From a virus, in the IMG/VR virus record IMGVR_UViG_3300028840_001508, positions 32,962-96,961 of that record: a stretch of DNA of 64,000 nt; one strand, written 5' to 3'. A model generated the notes under the pieces. It saw nothing but the letters and a program-made list of their open reading frames with translations. It did not search any database and was not told the origin of the DNA. This document shows positions 10,015 through 20,666 of the stretch, in pieces. Every line of letters starts with the position of its first letter. Position 1 is the stretch's first letter. Position numbers and translations under genes: made by a program.

Positions 10015-11319
10015 TTGGCTACAACAATACAAGATGATTTTGTTTCCGGCCTGTACTACATATACGAGAAGGCTATAGGCAGAAGCACCACAGGCGACGT
10101 GGCTAAGTTCGGCACGGCTGACGTGGTGATCGGAAACACATTAAATGATATAGATTTCTACGTCTACGGCGGCGAGACTAACTATCTCAAGTACGATTGC
10201 GGTAACAGGAAGCTATCACTGGTAGGCACAGCATCCTGTATGGACATAGCTGCATCAGGCGATAGTACGTGCAGCACCTTTACGGATAGCTTTAACGAGG
10301 TGCTGAACGTCTACAGCGGCGTTCCAAGTACAGGTGATGACCTGACCAGCGGCACGCCTTTTTGCGGCATACACAGCCGATCCGTATGGGTGAAAGCCCA
10401 GACCAACGACATATCCATCTATGCGATAGAGGGACATTTCCGACCGAAAGCCAACTGGACGCAGGGTGTCCATGCTGCTGTGCGCGGCTACGTGGAGGAA
10501 TCTGGAAGCACCACGCACGGCGGGCAGACATCGGCACTGTTAGCAAGTGTCGAGACCAGTTCAGGCTTCACCCTCTCAGCTAGCTCCTACCTTGAAGGCT
10601 TGCGGGTGGAGTCGCTGATGCACGATACGTGTACATTGACAGGTACGCTATCTGGAATATACATAGCAAAGGGTAGCGGGAAAGAGCAGTTTAAGTACGG
10701 CATCTATATAGATGATTCTGCTGAGGTGTCAATATATAGCAATACGACACCATCAGGAACATCTGCTATTAACGCATGGGAATGCACTGTTACAGACGCC
10801 TGTACCACGTCCAGCGGCTATGCTTACGGAATCCACGTTACAGCTAACAACACAGGTGCCAAGTCAGGAGGCTGTTCTAACACGCAGTTCAATCCCATCG
10901 GTGTAGATTTCACACTTACGGCGGGCGGTTCGGCTGGATTCTATGCGCTTTACGCCTATATCATGAAGAGCGGAAGCCCAACACTTTCCAGCGCGGCGGT
11001 AGCAGGTGTCAACGTGGAACTTACGGAGCTTGGGGCAATAGACTATTATGCAGGCTTGTGGGTGAACAAATACAACACAACCAAGGCGACAGGGCCAGAT
11101 GCATTCTGCTTATTCAGTAACCAGGGATCAGGCGTAACCAGGACATGTTTCTATGTCCAGGGTGATAAGCCCGATTACTTGATACAGACTGCTAACTATG
11201 CCACAGATAACATGATGGTGGTAGGTTCGGGAACATACTCTACAGCAGATGGATATTTCAAATGCTACCTGGGAACGACAGAGGTACGTATACCATTTTA
11301 CACGGGCGTAGACGCATAA
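10015..11319 (+). CDS. Fibre-like virion protein, paralog 1 (TTG start)
   Basis: Shares the N-terminal YEKA.GRSTTGD motif with 11382 and 13786; C-terminal half near-identical to that of 11382. Confidence 0.65.
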   Translation: MATTIQDDFVSGLYYIYEKAIGRSTTGDVAKFGTADVVIGNTLNDIDFYVYGGETNYLKYDCGNRKLSLVGTASCMDIAASGDSTCSTFTDSFNEVLNVYSGVPSTGDDLTSGTPFCGIHSRSVWVKAQTNDISIYAIEGHFRPKANWTQGVHAAVRGYVEESGSTTHGGQTSALLASVETSSGFTLSASSYLEGLRVESLMHDTCTLTGTLSGIYIAKGSGKEQFKYGIYIDDSAEVSIYSNTTPSGTSAINAWECTVTDACTTSSGYAYGIHVTANNTGAKSGGCSNTQFNPIGVDFTLTAGGSAGFYALYAYIMKSGSPTLSSAAVAGVNVELTELGAIDYYAGLWVNKYNTTKATGPDAFCLFSNQGSGVTRTCFYVQGDKPDYLIQTANYATDNMMVVGSGTYSTADGYFKCYLGTTEVRIPFYTGVDA

Positions 11320-11381
11320 TATTAGTGAAAGAGAGCGTTTGCCAGGCCGAAAGCCCTGGCACAGGGAGTTGAAAAACATAA

Positions 11382-13526
11382 ATGCCTAGAGCAACAGGCA
11401 ACTGGAAAATAGAAACAGACTGGGCATCAGGTGAAATATACTGGTATGAGAAAGCGGTCGGACGTAGCACTACAGGCGACCTGGTGAAAATAGGAACATC
11501 TGAGGTCGCTATCGGGAACACAGGACAGGATGTTGACCTGAAGGTATATATCGGTGAATCCGGCAATACCTACATGCAGACCGACGCAGGGAACGGCAAG
11601 GTCTACTTCTACAAGACTACTACAAGCACGTCTCCTGGCAGGTTTCTGTATATACAGGCGCTCGGTTCGCTAATGGCGTCTGGTCAGAACCTCCAGGGAA
11701 TGCAGATCCGCTCCCGCGCAACGGGAACGGGGACGATAGCAGGAGGTACTGACGGAGCGGAAATCAAAGCCGGTCTAAACAGCAATAGCGACACAGGTAC
11801 AATAGCGGGCGCGAGGGCTATCATAGCCAATATAGACGCCAAAAAAGGAACTATTACCACGGGAACCTGCCTTGAAGCGCAGGTAGACCTGGGCGCTGGC
11901 GGGGAAATCACTACGCTCTACGGTGTACGCGCTGCGCTGAATAACTCTGGTACAGTTACCAACGGCTACGCGTATCACGTCGATGCTGTGGCAGGCTATC
12001 CGTGGACGTATGGTCTATATATCAAGAGCCAGATGGCGACTACGGGCATCTATATTGGTACATCAACCACGGGCATAACATTCGCAGGTACTCTGACTAC
12101 CGGGATCAGCTTCGGGTCCGCTACGGTGACGACTGACATCACCAAAGCCGGGGATATGACTATCAGTACAACCGGCACGACAAAGAACCTGACATTAAGT
12201 ACCACAGGGGATATTGCGCTAAATCCTGCTGGTGCTGATATAACTATCGGAGGGGTTAGTGGCAGTGCGGGCAAGCTAACGGCACATGCTACGAAGCTAA
12301 CCGTATACGGCGGTGACACTACAGGCGATGATCTGGTGTTGATGGCTAATAGCGCAGACAATGAAGCCATTACCCTGAACGGTGCAGGCGCTATAGCTTT
12401 TACCAATGCGAATAATGTGACGTTCAGCGGGCCTGTAGTCGAAGGGGAAAGCGGCGATACTACATGCGTCGCTCTGTCAAACACATCCAGGAACGGCATG
12501 GTAGTTTATTCGGGAACGCCCACCAGCGGCGGGACAGATTTTACCACTGGCAACCCGATTTCTGGCATACGCTCAAGACTTCTGGTAGGAACAGCCCAGA
12601 CTAATGATACGTCATGGTATGGCGTATTCGGGCAGTTACGTATCAAGGCTAACAGGTCGCAAGGCATCGGCGCTGCCGTGCGCGGATACGTGGAAGAATC
12701 CGGCGATACTACTATGGCGGCTGGGCAGACTTCTGCACTTCTGGCATCAGTAGAAGTTAGTTCAGGCTTTTCGCTTTCTGCTGGTAATCTAGAAGGCTTG
12801 AGAGTCGAGTCATTGGCTGATGCTTCAGCAACTATGACAGGTGCTTTCAACGGTATTTATGTGGCAAAAGGCAGCGGAAAGTTGGAATTTGATTATGGCA
12901 TCTATATAGACGATGCTGCAACGCGATCCATTTACTCCAACACAACGCCAGCAGGTTCCAGCGCGGTCAATGCGTGGGAATGTACGGTTACAGATGCCTG
13001 CACTACATCTAGCGGCTATGCCCACGGTATCCATGTCTCGGCTAATAATACGGGGGTTAAGACTGGCGGATGCTCTGCGACACAGTTCAACCCTATCGGT
13101 GTAGATTTGACTTTAACCGCAGCGGGAAGCGGAGCGTCAGGAGCAGGTTTTTATGCACTATACGCTTATATAATGAAGAGCGGATCGCCGGATTGCTCCC
13201 ATTGTTCCGTGGCAGGCGTGAACGTGGAACTGACAGAGCTTGGCGCAATAGACTATTATGCAGGGCTGTGGGTGAACAAGTATAATACGACTTTGGCAAG
13301 TGGCCCTGATGCCTTCTGCTTATTTAGCAATCAGGCAACTGGGGTTACTCGCGCGGGTTTCTATTTCCAGGGCGATAAACCCAGTTATCTTATTCAGTGT
13401 GCTAATAATGCTACTGATAATATGCAGGTAGTTAGTTCGGGAACATACTCTACAGCAGACGGATATTTCAAGATATATCTGGCAAGTACAGAATATCGCA
13501 TTCCATTTTATGCTGGCGTAGACTGA
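11382..13526 (+). CDS. Fibre-like virion protein, paralog 2
   Basis: Gly/Thr/Ser-rich beta repeats; shared N- and C-terminal modules. Confidence 0.65.
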   Translation: MPRATGNWKIETDWASGEIYWYEKAVGRSTTGDLVKIGTSEVAIGNTGQDVDLKVYIGESGNTYMQTDAGNGKVYFYKTTTSTSPGRFLYIQALGSLMASGQNLQGMQIRSRATGTGTIAGGTDGAEIKAGLNSNSDTGTIAGARAIIANIDAKKGTITTGTCLEAQVDLGAGGEITTLYGVRAALNNSGTVTNGYAYHVDAVAGYPWTYGLYIKSQMATTGIYIGTSTTGITFAGTLTTGISFGSATVTTDITKAGDMTISTTGTTKNLTLSTTGDIALNPAGADITIGGVSGSAGKLTAHATKLTVYGGDTTGDDLVLMANSADNEAITLNGAGAIAFTNANNVTFSGPVVEGESGDTTCVALSNTSRNGMVVYSGTPTSGGTDFTTGNPISGIRSRLLVGTAQTNDTSWYGVFGQLRIKANRSQGIGAAVRGYVEESGDTTMAAGQTSALLASVEVSSGFSLSAGNLEGLRVESLADASATMTGAFNGIYVAKGSGKLEFDYGIYIDDAATRSIYSNTTPAGSSAVNAWECTVTDACTTSSGYAHGIHVSANNTGVKTGGCSATQFNPIGVDLTLTAAGSGASGAGFYALYAYIMKSGSPDCSHCSVAGVNVELTELGAIDYYAGLWVNKYNTTLASGPDAFCLFSNQATGVTRAGFYFQGDKPSYLIQCANNATDNMQVVSSGTYSTADGYFKIYLASTEYRIPFYAGVD

Positions 13527-13587
13527 GTTCTATATGCGGCATGAGGATCATATATGAAAAGAAGCGATGCCACAATCATGAGGATTG

Positions 13588-13740
13588 ATGGAATTGGAAT
13601 TAGAAAAGATAGAGCTGGATCAGACAAAGCTAACAGGCAAAGATATTCTATCTCTTACAGCGGAAACACAGATACAGATCCGCACCAGGGAGCAGGGACA
13701 GGACGTGGTTCTGGTACTCAATGAATCTGTGCCAGCTTAA
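13588..13740 (+). CDS. Small 50-aa ORF, below the track cutoff
   Basis: MELELEKIELDQTKLTG...SVPA, preceded by GAGG. Confidence 0.35.
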   Translation: MELELEKIELDQTKLTGKDILSLTAETQIQIRTREQGQDVVLVLNESVPA

Positions 13741-13785
13741 CGGCTATGAACATGACGCATAAAAACACATCGGAGGTGAAAATGA

Positions 13786-14625
13786 ATGCCTAAATCGACA
13801 GGAGTAACAAATATAGGCCAGGACTGGTCTTCAGGCAACATGGTGTACTTTGAGGAAGCAGTAGGCAGAAGCACGTCCGGTGATGTGCTGAGTATTGGAA
13901 CGACTGCTGTGGCTGTAGGGAATACAGGAAATGACATAGACTTCACAGTCTACACAGGCGCATCCGCTACCTTTAAGGTGGATTGCGGCAATGCCGCTGT
14001 TGAACTGACAGCGACGCGGATAGACTGTAAGTCCGTCACAGCTAATACGGATGGTGCTTTTATCAAGGCGGGAACATCGAGTTCACCTATCGTCAAGGAT
14101 ACTAGCAATCTAAAGTTCGTCAGCCTATATTTCGATAACGGCGCGACAGGCGGTGACAATCGCGGGATATACAACAGGCTGTATCTTACAGGTGCAGGCG
14201 GCGGCGGAGAATCGCTGCGATCCTTTACGACGGTAAGCAACGTAGCAGGCAGTACGGCTCACGGCGCGCACCTCAGTCTGAGTTTCGGGACAAGTGGCAG
14301 TATAACAGGACTCGGTGTAGCAACAAGAGCGACGCTTCACGTTCCCAACGTAGTCATGTCGGGTGGTACTTATGCCGCAGGTCAGTCTGAAGTATATTTT
14401 GATGGCACAACAGCCCGGATAGCAGGTACTACTGTAAGCAGTATCCACAGGTTCGTTGCGGATGGGGTTTCGGGATATACAAATGACCTGCCCTACGTTT
14501 TCGAGTTTGTAGGGCTTAACTCCACGCAGTGGGAGACGACATTTTCAGATACGCCGGATCGCGGGCTGAAGATTCGCGTAAATGGCACAGCATACTGGAT
14601 CGCCTGCACTCAGGCGACAACATAA
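13786..14625 (+). CDS. Fibre-like virion protein, paralog 3
   Basis: Same N-terminal motif; C-terminal LKIRVNGTAYWIA; RBS GGAGGTG. Confidence 0.65.
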   Translation: MPKSTGVTNIGQDWSSGNMVYFEEAVGRSTSGDVLSIGTTAVAVGNTGNDIDFTVYTGASATFKVDCGNAAVELTATRIDCKSVTANTDGAFIKAGTSSSPIVKDTSNLKFVSLYFDNGATGGDNRGIYNRLYLTGAGGGGESLRSFTTVSNVAGSTAHGAHLSLSFGTSGSITGLGVATRATLHVPNVVMSGGTYAAGQSEVYFDGTTARIAGTTVSSIHRFVADGVSGYTNDLPYVFEFVGLNSTQWETTFSDTPDRGLKIRVNGTAYWIACTQATT

Positions 14626-14675
14626 ATATGGCGGCTGCTGCGTATGTAGCAGCCGTAACGCAAAGGAGCAAATGA

Positions 14676-15143
14676 ATGAAACCAATTCAATTTGAAGCGA
14701 GAATGCTAATAGGACTGAACAGGGCTCTGGGCGAACTGGCAGAGCAGAAAACCATCCCCAACAAGCTTTCATACTGGCTTATGCGTATCAGCAGGGAAGT
14801 AGTCAAGGAGATTGAAACCTTCGAGCAGGCACGCATGAAAATCATAGACAAGTATGCAGATAAGGATGAGGATGGGCAGTATAGAACGGAAAATGACCAG
14901 TACGTGATCCCCGACCAGGCTGGCTATGCCGCTGAATTCGAGGAGATTGCCGCTAATCCTATCGAAATCCGGTTCAACAAGGTCAAGGTGAACCTGGATG
15001 AGTTGGATAAGCGGGGCGTGGAAATCAGCCCTGAATCATATTTCTACCTTGACCTTATCTTCGATATAGAAGAAGAGACGGAAGCAGCAGAGGAAGCAGA
15101 AGAGGACAGCCCTGTTCAGATCCTTGAGATGAAAAAGGACTGA
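14676..15143 (+). CDS. DUF1617-like phage protein, possible fibre assembly chaperone
   Basis: KLSYWL.R.......E...FEQAR.KII.KYA.KDEDG pattern; follows the fibre genes. Confidence 0.55.
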   Translation: MKPIQFEARMLIGLNRALGELAEQKTIPNKLSYWLMRISREVVKEIETFEQARMKIIDKYADKDEDGQYRTENDQYVIPDQAGYAAEFEEIAANPIEIRFNKVKVNLDELDKRGVEISPESYFYLDLIFDIEEETEAAEEAEEDSPVQILEMKKD

Positions 15144-15148
15144 TGTGA

Positions 15149-15904
15149 ATGGCAACAGGAACAGTAACAGAAACTTATGAAAAGCTATACCCGGTAAAGA
15201 AGGTGACGCTTGACTGGACGAGTTCGGCTGGGGGCACTATCAGTGGCACAGCCTCCAGCCACCTGAGCGGCATAATAGAGCGGGTCTGCCTTGTGCCATC
15301 CAGCGCCACCGCCCCCACTGCCTTGTATGATGTGACTATACTTGACGACAATTCCCTGGACATCCTACAGGGGCTTGGGCTGAACCTATCAGCCAGCGTG
15401 AGCAAGCAGTTCGGGATAGGCGAAGAGGTATGGATAGAGGACAGCGCGGATACGGAGCTATACAAAACCAAGTCCTATTCCGGCTCTGACGCAACTGTAT
15501 CAGCAACTATCCTCTACACCTCCGACATCATGCAGGACAGGGACACTGACACGGTAATTGACATAAAGTTCGACGCAAGCGGGACGACTGATAACCTTCT
15601 CGTGTACCTCTACAGGCGGCGTGACGCTACGTGGGATAACGACGAGATAGCAAGAACCAGTGTGGAGATCACCAGCGACGGCTCTGAGGACATCTATAGC
15701 ATGGATCTGGATAGCTACGGGCCGGGGCATTACCGCCTGGGCATAGCATCCGCTGGCAGCACAGATGACTACGGAGTGGACATTGAGATGCGGCAGTATC
15801 ATAGAGTCACCTTCCGTGGAATAGCAGTAAACAGCCCGCTCACGCTGGGCATAACCAACGCTGGCAACGCCAAGTGCGGCGATGTCATACTCTATCTGAG
15901 GTGA
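15149..15904 (+). CDS. Virion structural protein with an apparent internal insertion
   Basis: LDWTS..G...PT.LYDVT..D...D.L.G.G.N core resumes at the C-terminus (LTL.ITNAGNAK.G). Confidence 0.5.
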   Translation: MATGTVTETYEKLYPVKKVTLDWTSSAGGTISGTASSHLSGIIERVCLVPSSATAPTALYDVTILDDNSLDILQGLGLNLSASVSKQFGIGEEVWIEDSADTELYKTKSYSGSDATVSATILYTSDIMQDRDTDTVIDIKFDASGTTDNLLVYLYRRRDATWDNDEIARTSVEITSDGSEDIYSMDLDSYGPGHYRLGIASAGSTDDYGVDIEMRQYHRVTFRGIAVNSPLTLGITNAGNAKCGDVILYLR

Positions 15905-15908
15905 GGAC

Positions 15909-16436
15909 ATGGGAGATATTTCAGGGACATTTACGTGGGAGCCAAACCTTCAGGTAGCTGGCGTGACTGTGACTTTTACGGCAGACGCACAAAGCGAAAC
16001 AGCGGGCGGCACTGTAGTCGCTATCACAAAGTACGAGTGGCAGTTCGGGGAAGGCGCGCCACTCGTAAATGGCGAGGATAGCGATGAATATGCGCATGTA
16101 TTTGTAGACCCTGGCACTTATGATGTGGGATGCAGGGTGACTGATGCTGACGGAGCAAAGGCGACTCAGCGGAAGGACGTTGAAATAACCAAGAGGTACA
16201 GGGCAACGGGCAGATGGGATCAGAAGCCCATCCGGGCGACGGTGATACTAACTGAGTATGCAGCGGGAAATGCAGCAACGGGTAATAGCTGGCGACTGCC
16301 GTTTGATACGCTCAACCGGGACTATACAGAAATAGCGCAGAGATTCAAGCCGCTGATAGAAAACCCGGACGTACCGCCCACGCGAGCTATACTGGACGAG
16401 ATAGAAGATCAGGTTAACGAGGCGATGAAGGAGTAG
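15909..16436 (+). CDS. PKD/Ig-like domain protein
   Basis: YEWQFGEG...HVFVDPGTYDV...VTD.DG. Confidence 0.75.
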   Translation: MGDISGTFTWEPNLQVAGVTVTFTADAQSETAGGTVVAITKYEWQFGEGAPLVNGEDSDEYAHVFVDPGTYDVGCRVTDADGAKATQRKDVEITKRYRATGRWDQKPIRATVILTEYAAGNAATGNSWRLPFDTLNRDYTEIAQRFKPLIENPDVPPTRAILDEIEDQVNEAMKE

Positions 16437-16438
16437 AA

Positions 16439-19327
16439 ATGCGAAAGCTGATATTTGCGCTGGTAATAGTCATGATATTCGCTGGCTGCGCGAAGCAGGC
16501 GCAGCCACCGCCTGTTGATGGATTTGGCATAGCTGGTTGGCGCAAGCCGTCATATACTGCTACGCTGAATCACATCCATCCAATGGCGAGGGGACTACAG
16601 CTCATGTGGCTGATAAATGAGAGTCCCGCCGCCAGCCTGTTCGACCTGACGCGTAATGGCTACACAGGGACTATAACCGGCCCTACGTGGACACACGGCG
16701 ACCGTGGGCCGGTGCTTTCCTTCGACGGCACAGACGACTACCTGCAAGCCACGCGCATAAGCGGTATGAGCGACTGGTCTGCCTATATCCGGTACTGTCC
16801 GATTGATGTTAGCAATGCCTATGCCCTGCTAGACCAGGGTGATATACTCATCACGCAGAACAGCGATGATATAGTCTGGGGATTCACAGACAGCGGGAAT
16901 GTAGACAATACATCAACAGCCAGTACAGTCCTATCAAGCGGAACGTGGGTTAGCCTTCTTGCTACCAAGTCAGGAAGCAGCCACGTCCTGTACGTCAACG
17001 GTATATCTACTGATACACTCAGCGACGCCAGTACACCACTTACCAGCGAGACATATCTATCGGCAGGCAAGCGCACAGGGACGGGTATAGCTTACGTCGC
17101 ATTGACGCCATCGAATCTTACCTCTGAGCAGGCAGTCAGCGGGTTACTTGAATACTCCCGCGGATCTGCCGATATGTCCGGGACGCTGTACGAAAATGCA
17201 CCCGCGCCGAGACAGGGAACTATCGAATTCTGGACTAAGCCATATTTCGCTTCTACCGATACCAATACACGCTACCTGCTTGACGCTTCATGTGTCGTGC
17301 TTTACTGGAACGGTTCAGCGACGCAGTGGAAAGCTACTGTCAACGGCGTGAGCATCACCGCAAGCGATACCTTTTCTGCGAACACATGGATACACGTTGT
17401 ATTGAGATGGGAGACCGAAGGGACTGATTCTCTCGACCTTGCCATTGACGGCACAGATGCAAGCACAGTGACGACCTCCCAGACGGTAGGAACGCCGTCG
17501 AGTACGCTCTACGTTCATAAAGACAACGCAGGGTCAAACACATATTCAGGTGCATCGGCTTTTAGATGGCTGAATAGGAAGATAGCTGATGCTGATATAG
17601 ATACGCTATATGCAAGTGGAAATGGAAATCTGGACAGCTTTGACGTGACGCAGGATGTTGCGGCATGTTCAAATTTCACCGACAGCGCCACCTCCATCCG
17701 GGCGCAGCATAGGGGCAAGACAGTCTCGGCTATAACAGATGGCGCTACAGAGGACACACTGACCGTGGCAAGCGGAGCGGATAATTCATTCGCTGATAAT
17801 GATGAGGTAGCTGTATATGATGCATCTGCAAATATTGTCTTCGCCAGTGTTGATGGCGATCCATCATCTACGAGTATGGCGATAGACGATGGCGCAGGCG
17901 GCGATCCTAATGCTGATGAAACGGTAAGTAACACAGCTTTTGTGACGAAAAACCTATTCTCTGATCCAGGGTTTGAAAGTAATTCAACGAGCTATATAAC
18001 TGACGGTTCAGTTGATGCGGATTTTACACTCAGCATTGATAGCACATTGGCCTCATTTGATAGGTATTCCCAGAAAATTGTCATAGCAGGTGCAGATGAT
18101 AGCGACGAGGTGCAACTGAGAAACCCCAACCTATCCAACGGCGGCGACTACGCGACACGGTTCTTCTCACAAATAGCAGACTTCGACTTCTATCCCGACC
18201 TGCCTGTTCGATGCTATATGGATATTGATGGCTCTGCAAATGTTGTAACGCAAGAACTATTTGCATCAATGCAGTTAAGAGATAAACACAGGGAATTCCA
18301 GGGATATGGCTATTCCGTCTGGGGCGATGGTACATATATCTATCTTGCTAATTATGGCGGACTCCACGCCTACTCGTTCAATGGAAGTGCATTCACCCAT
18401 TTAGATCACATCGACGACGGCGGAAATGGCTGGGGCGTGTGGGGCGATGGGACGTACATATACCTGGCGAACCACTCCGATGGTCTGCGCGCCTACACCT
18501 TCAACGGCACGACGTTTACCAACGTGGGTCACATCGACGACGGCGGGTTTGGCTGGGGCGTCTGGGGCGATGGGACGTACATATACCTGGCAGATAATTA
18601 TGATGGTATATACGCTTCAACCCCATACTTCGAGAATGGTTGGCAAGAGAGTACCATCTGCTTCACTGCCGATCAGGACGGCGCGCATAACTATAACGTG
18701 CGGGTGACTGGCGCGGGGGCTGGTGAGAATGATGCCACTATCTATCTTGACCAGTTTGAGTTGAGGCAGAACGCCGTCGCAGGCGGCGATTGCGAAGCCG
18801 CAGATGGAAACGGCTTGCCATCTGGCTGGTCAGACACAGGCAGCCCGGATGCGGATGAAACACAGACTGATACAGCAGATTATCACAGCGACACGTCCAG
18901 CATCTACCTCGCCAGCGCAGAGGAAAACGAGGGTGTTACTCAGAACATCACCGTAGAGGACGCAAGCTACTATACAATCACATTCTTCTCAAAGAATGAC
19001 AACCAGGATGTTGACGTGACTCTAGGCACAGCAGCTACGGCGACTATTGACGCAACGACATCGACAAACACGTGGACTAAATTCAGTTATACTTTTCTTA
19101 CTACCGACACGACATTGGTGCTTTCAGCCGTATCAGGCGCGGCTTCACAGAGCGGGTGGTTTGACGACTTCAGCCTGGTGAAGCTGGACACGGCGGACGC
19201 TACCAGCGCAGCAAGAACACTGGACTACCTGGACGGCAAGATTGACGATATACGGATATGGGACAGGGCATTGACGCCAGAAGAGGCGCACTGGCTACAG
19301 AGAGAACCTTATGCGCCCATCAAATAG
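16439..19327 (+). CDS. Large adhesin-like protein with LamG/ConA domains, CBM-like domains and LVIVD-like repeats; N-terminal lipoprotein signal
   Basis: MRKLIFALVIVMIFAG-C lipobox; LSFDGTDDY; GTIEFW.KP..WIHVV; C-terminal DGKIDDIRIWDRALT. Confidence 0.75.
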   Translation: MRKLIFALVIVMIFAGCAKQAQPPPVDGFGIAGWRKPSYTATLNHIHPMARGLQLMWLINESPAASLFDLTRNGYTGTITGPTWTHGDRGPVLSFDGTDDYLQATRISGMSDWSAYIRYCPIDVSNAYALLDQGDILITQNSDDIVWGFTDSGNVDNTSTASTVLSSGTWVSLLATKSGSSHVLYVNGISTDTLSDASTPLTSETYLSAGKRTGTGIAYVALTPSNLTSEQAVSGLLEYSRGSADMSGTLYENAPAPRQGTIEFWTKPYFASTDTNTRYLLDASCVVLYWNGSATQWKATVNGVSITASDTFSANTWIHVVLRWETEGTDSLDLAIDGTDASTVTTSQTVGTPSSTLYVHKDNAGSNTYSGASAFRWLNRKIADADIDTLYASGNGNLDSFDVTQDVAACSNFTDSATSIRAQHRGKTVSAITDGATEDTLTVASGADNSFADNDEVAVYDASANIVFASVDGDPSSTSMAIDDGAGGDPNADETVSNTAFVTKNLFSDPGFESNSTSYITDGSVDADFTLSIDSTLASFDRYSQKIVIAGADDSDEVQLRNPNLSNGGDYATRFFSQIADFDFYPDLPVRCYMDIDGSANVVTQELFASMQLRDKHREFQGYGYSVWGDGTYIYLANYGGLHAYSFNGSAFTHLDHIDDGGNGWGVWGDGTYIYLANHSDGLRAYTFNGTTFTNVGHIDDGGFGWGVWGDGTYIYLADNYDGIYASTPYFENGWQESTICFTADQDGAHNYNVRVTGAGAGENDATIYLDQFELRQNAVAGGDCEAADGNGLPSGWSDTGSPDADETQTDTADYHSDTSSIYLASAEENEGVTQNITVEDASYYTITFFSKNDNQDVDVTLGTAATATIDATTSTNTWTKFSYTFLTTDTTLVLSAVSGAASQSGWFDDFSLVKLDTADATSAARTLDYLDGKIDDIRIWDRALTPEEAHWLQREPYAPIK
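18308..18610 (+). repeat. Three tandem ~120-bp coding repeats (VWGDGTYIYLA...)
   Basis: TGGGGCGATGG.AC.TA.AT.TA.CT occurs three times at ~120-bp spacing. Confidence 0.85.
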
Positions 19328-19442
19328 ATTACTACGCGCACAATGCGCATACAGACGTGCCGGTGATGGTCACTGGCACAACGGGGGCGGGGCTTTCTCT
19401 CCTTTCACTCGCCCCCCGCACTCATATATAGGATGATGTGAA

Positions 19443-20666
19443 TTGGCAGATATTGTAGATCTGGGAAAAGTATTGGAATTCGTATTCGGCAGGTTCAGCA
19501 TAGCATCTGGAAACGACGTGCTGGTACTGACTAGCAGTATAGGAGGGCCGGAGAGCATAGACGTGCCTGACGGTGACTACTCGGCAAGCGAACTAGCGAC
19601 GGCACTCCAGACAGCCATGACAGCGAACGGCACGATCAGCGGTTCAACTATCACGTGGTCAGTCAGCTACAGCGACAGCACAGCAAAGTTCACCATCGAC
19701 GCAGGATCAGGAAACACCGTGGCGCTAACCAATTCTGGCTCCGACGCCGCTGATACCTTTGGCTTCAACAAAGACCATACAGCGGCTCAGACTATTACCT
19801 CTGATCAGATAGTGCCTGGCGCTCCCGATAGTCTGGATATACCCAACTTGCATGACGGGGCTGAGAAGTGGATACAGAACAGGACGGAGCGCACCTTCAC
19901 CAGCACCACATATTACAAGCTCTACGATGGTGATGGCGATACATGCCTGCTGCTTGACGATTATCCCATTACGCAGGTGCAGAGGGTAACGAAGGACGTG
20001 GAGGAAGGCATTAAGATAAAGAACACCAGCACAGATGCCAGCAACGCATACGCCGCTGTTGTGTTCGAGGATGACACGCCGTCTTACCTCAAGTTGGTTG
20101 TTGATGATGGCGATAACGTAAGTACAAGTTCGCTTTCCTTCAGCACCTACACCACGCTATCAACGCTGGTAGCTGCCTTCACCAGCAACGCCACCATATC
20201 AGGCGATGGCTGGGCGGCGGCTGTATATGACACGGACTACAACAACTACAGTACCATGCTGTTGATGGAGAACTTCTACGAGCTTGCCAACGAGTTCGGC
20301 GGGGGTACGGCTGATTATGAATACCTCTACATCGGCGGCGAGCCGCTACAGGGCATCAAGGTATATAAAGACAGGGGAGAGATATACCACGCGGGCGGAT
20401 TTACGCGTGGACATAACAACATCTACGTCAAGTACACCGCCGGATATAGTATAGCACCAGCGGATCTCCGGCTTGCCGTATGTATTCTTGTGAAGACGTG
20501 GTATGACAAGAAAGATAACGCCGCCTACGGCATAGAGGAATACAGCTTAGGACACGTCCGGGTGCGCTATGCCAGCGGGACGCAGAGCGCCAGCGGGAAT
20601 GTGGACAGGACGATCCCGCCGGAAGTGCTTAACATCGTGGATAGGTATGTGAATATAACGCTATGA
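19443..20666 (+). CDS. Head-tail adaptor (HK97 gp6/SPP1 gp15-like) with inserted domains
   Basis: AEKWIQNRTERTF...LLLDDYPI...YTAGY..APADLRLA...W; PPEV..IVDRY. Confidence 0.75.
   Translation: MADIVDLGKVLEFVFGRFSIASGNDVLVLTSSIGGPESIDVPDGDYSASELATALQTAMTANGTISGSTITWSVSYSDSTAKFTIDAGSGNTVALTNSGSDAADTFGFNKDHTAAQTITSDQIVPGAPDSLDIPNLHDGAEKWIQNRTERTFTSTTYYKLYDGDGDTCLLLDDYPITQVQRVTKDVEEGIKIKNTSTDASNAYAAVVFEDDTPSYLKLVVDDGDNVSTSSLSFSTYTTLSTLVAAFTSNATISGDGWAAAVYDTDYNNYSTMLLMENFYELANEFGGGTADYEYLYIGGEPLQGIKVYKDRGEIYHAGGFTRGHNNIYVKYTAGYSIAPADLRLAVCILVKTWYDKKDNAAYGIEEYSLGHVRVRYASGTQSASGNVDRTIPPEVLNIVDRYVNITL

Noticed and set aside
18308-18610. CRISPR-like periodic repeats
   Set aside because: In-frame 40-aa protein repeats with synonymous variation; no repeat-spacer array or cas genes seen anywhere
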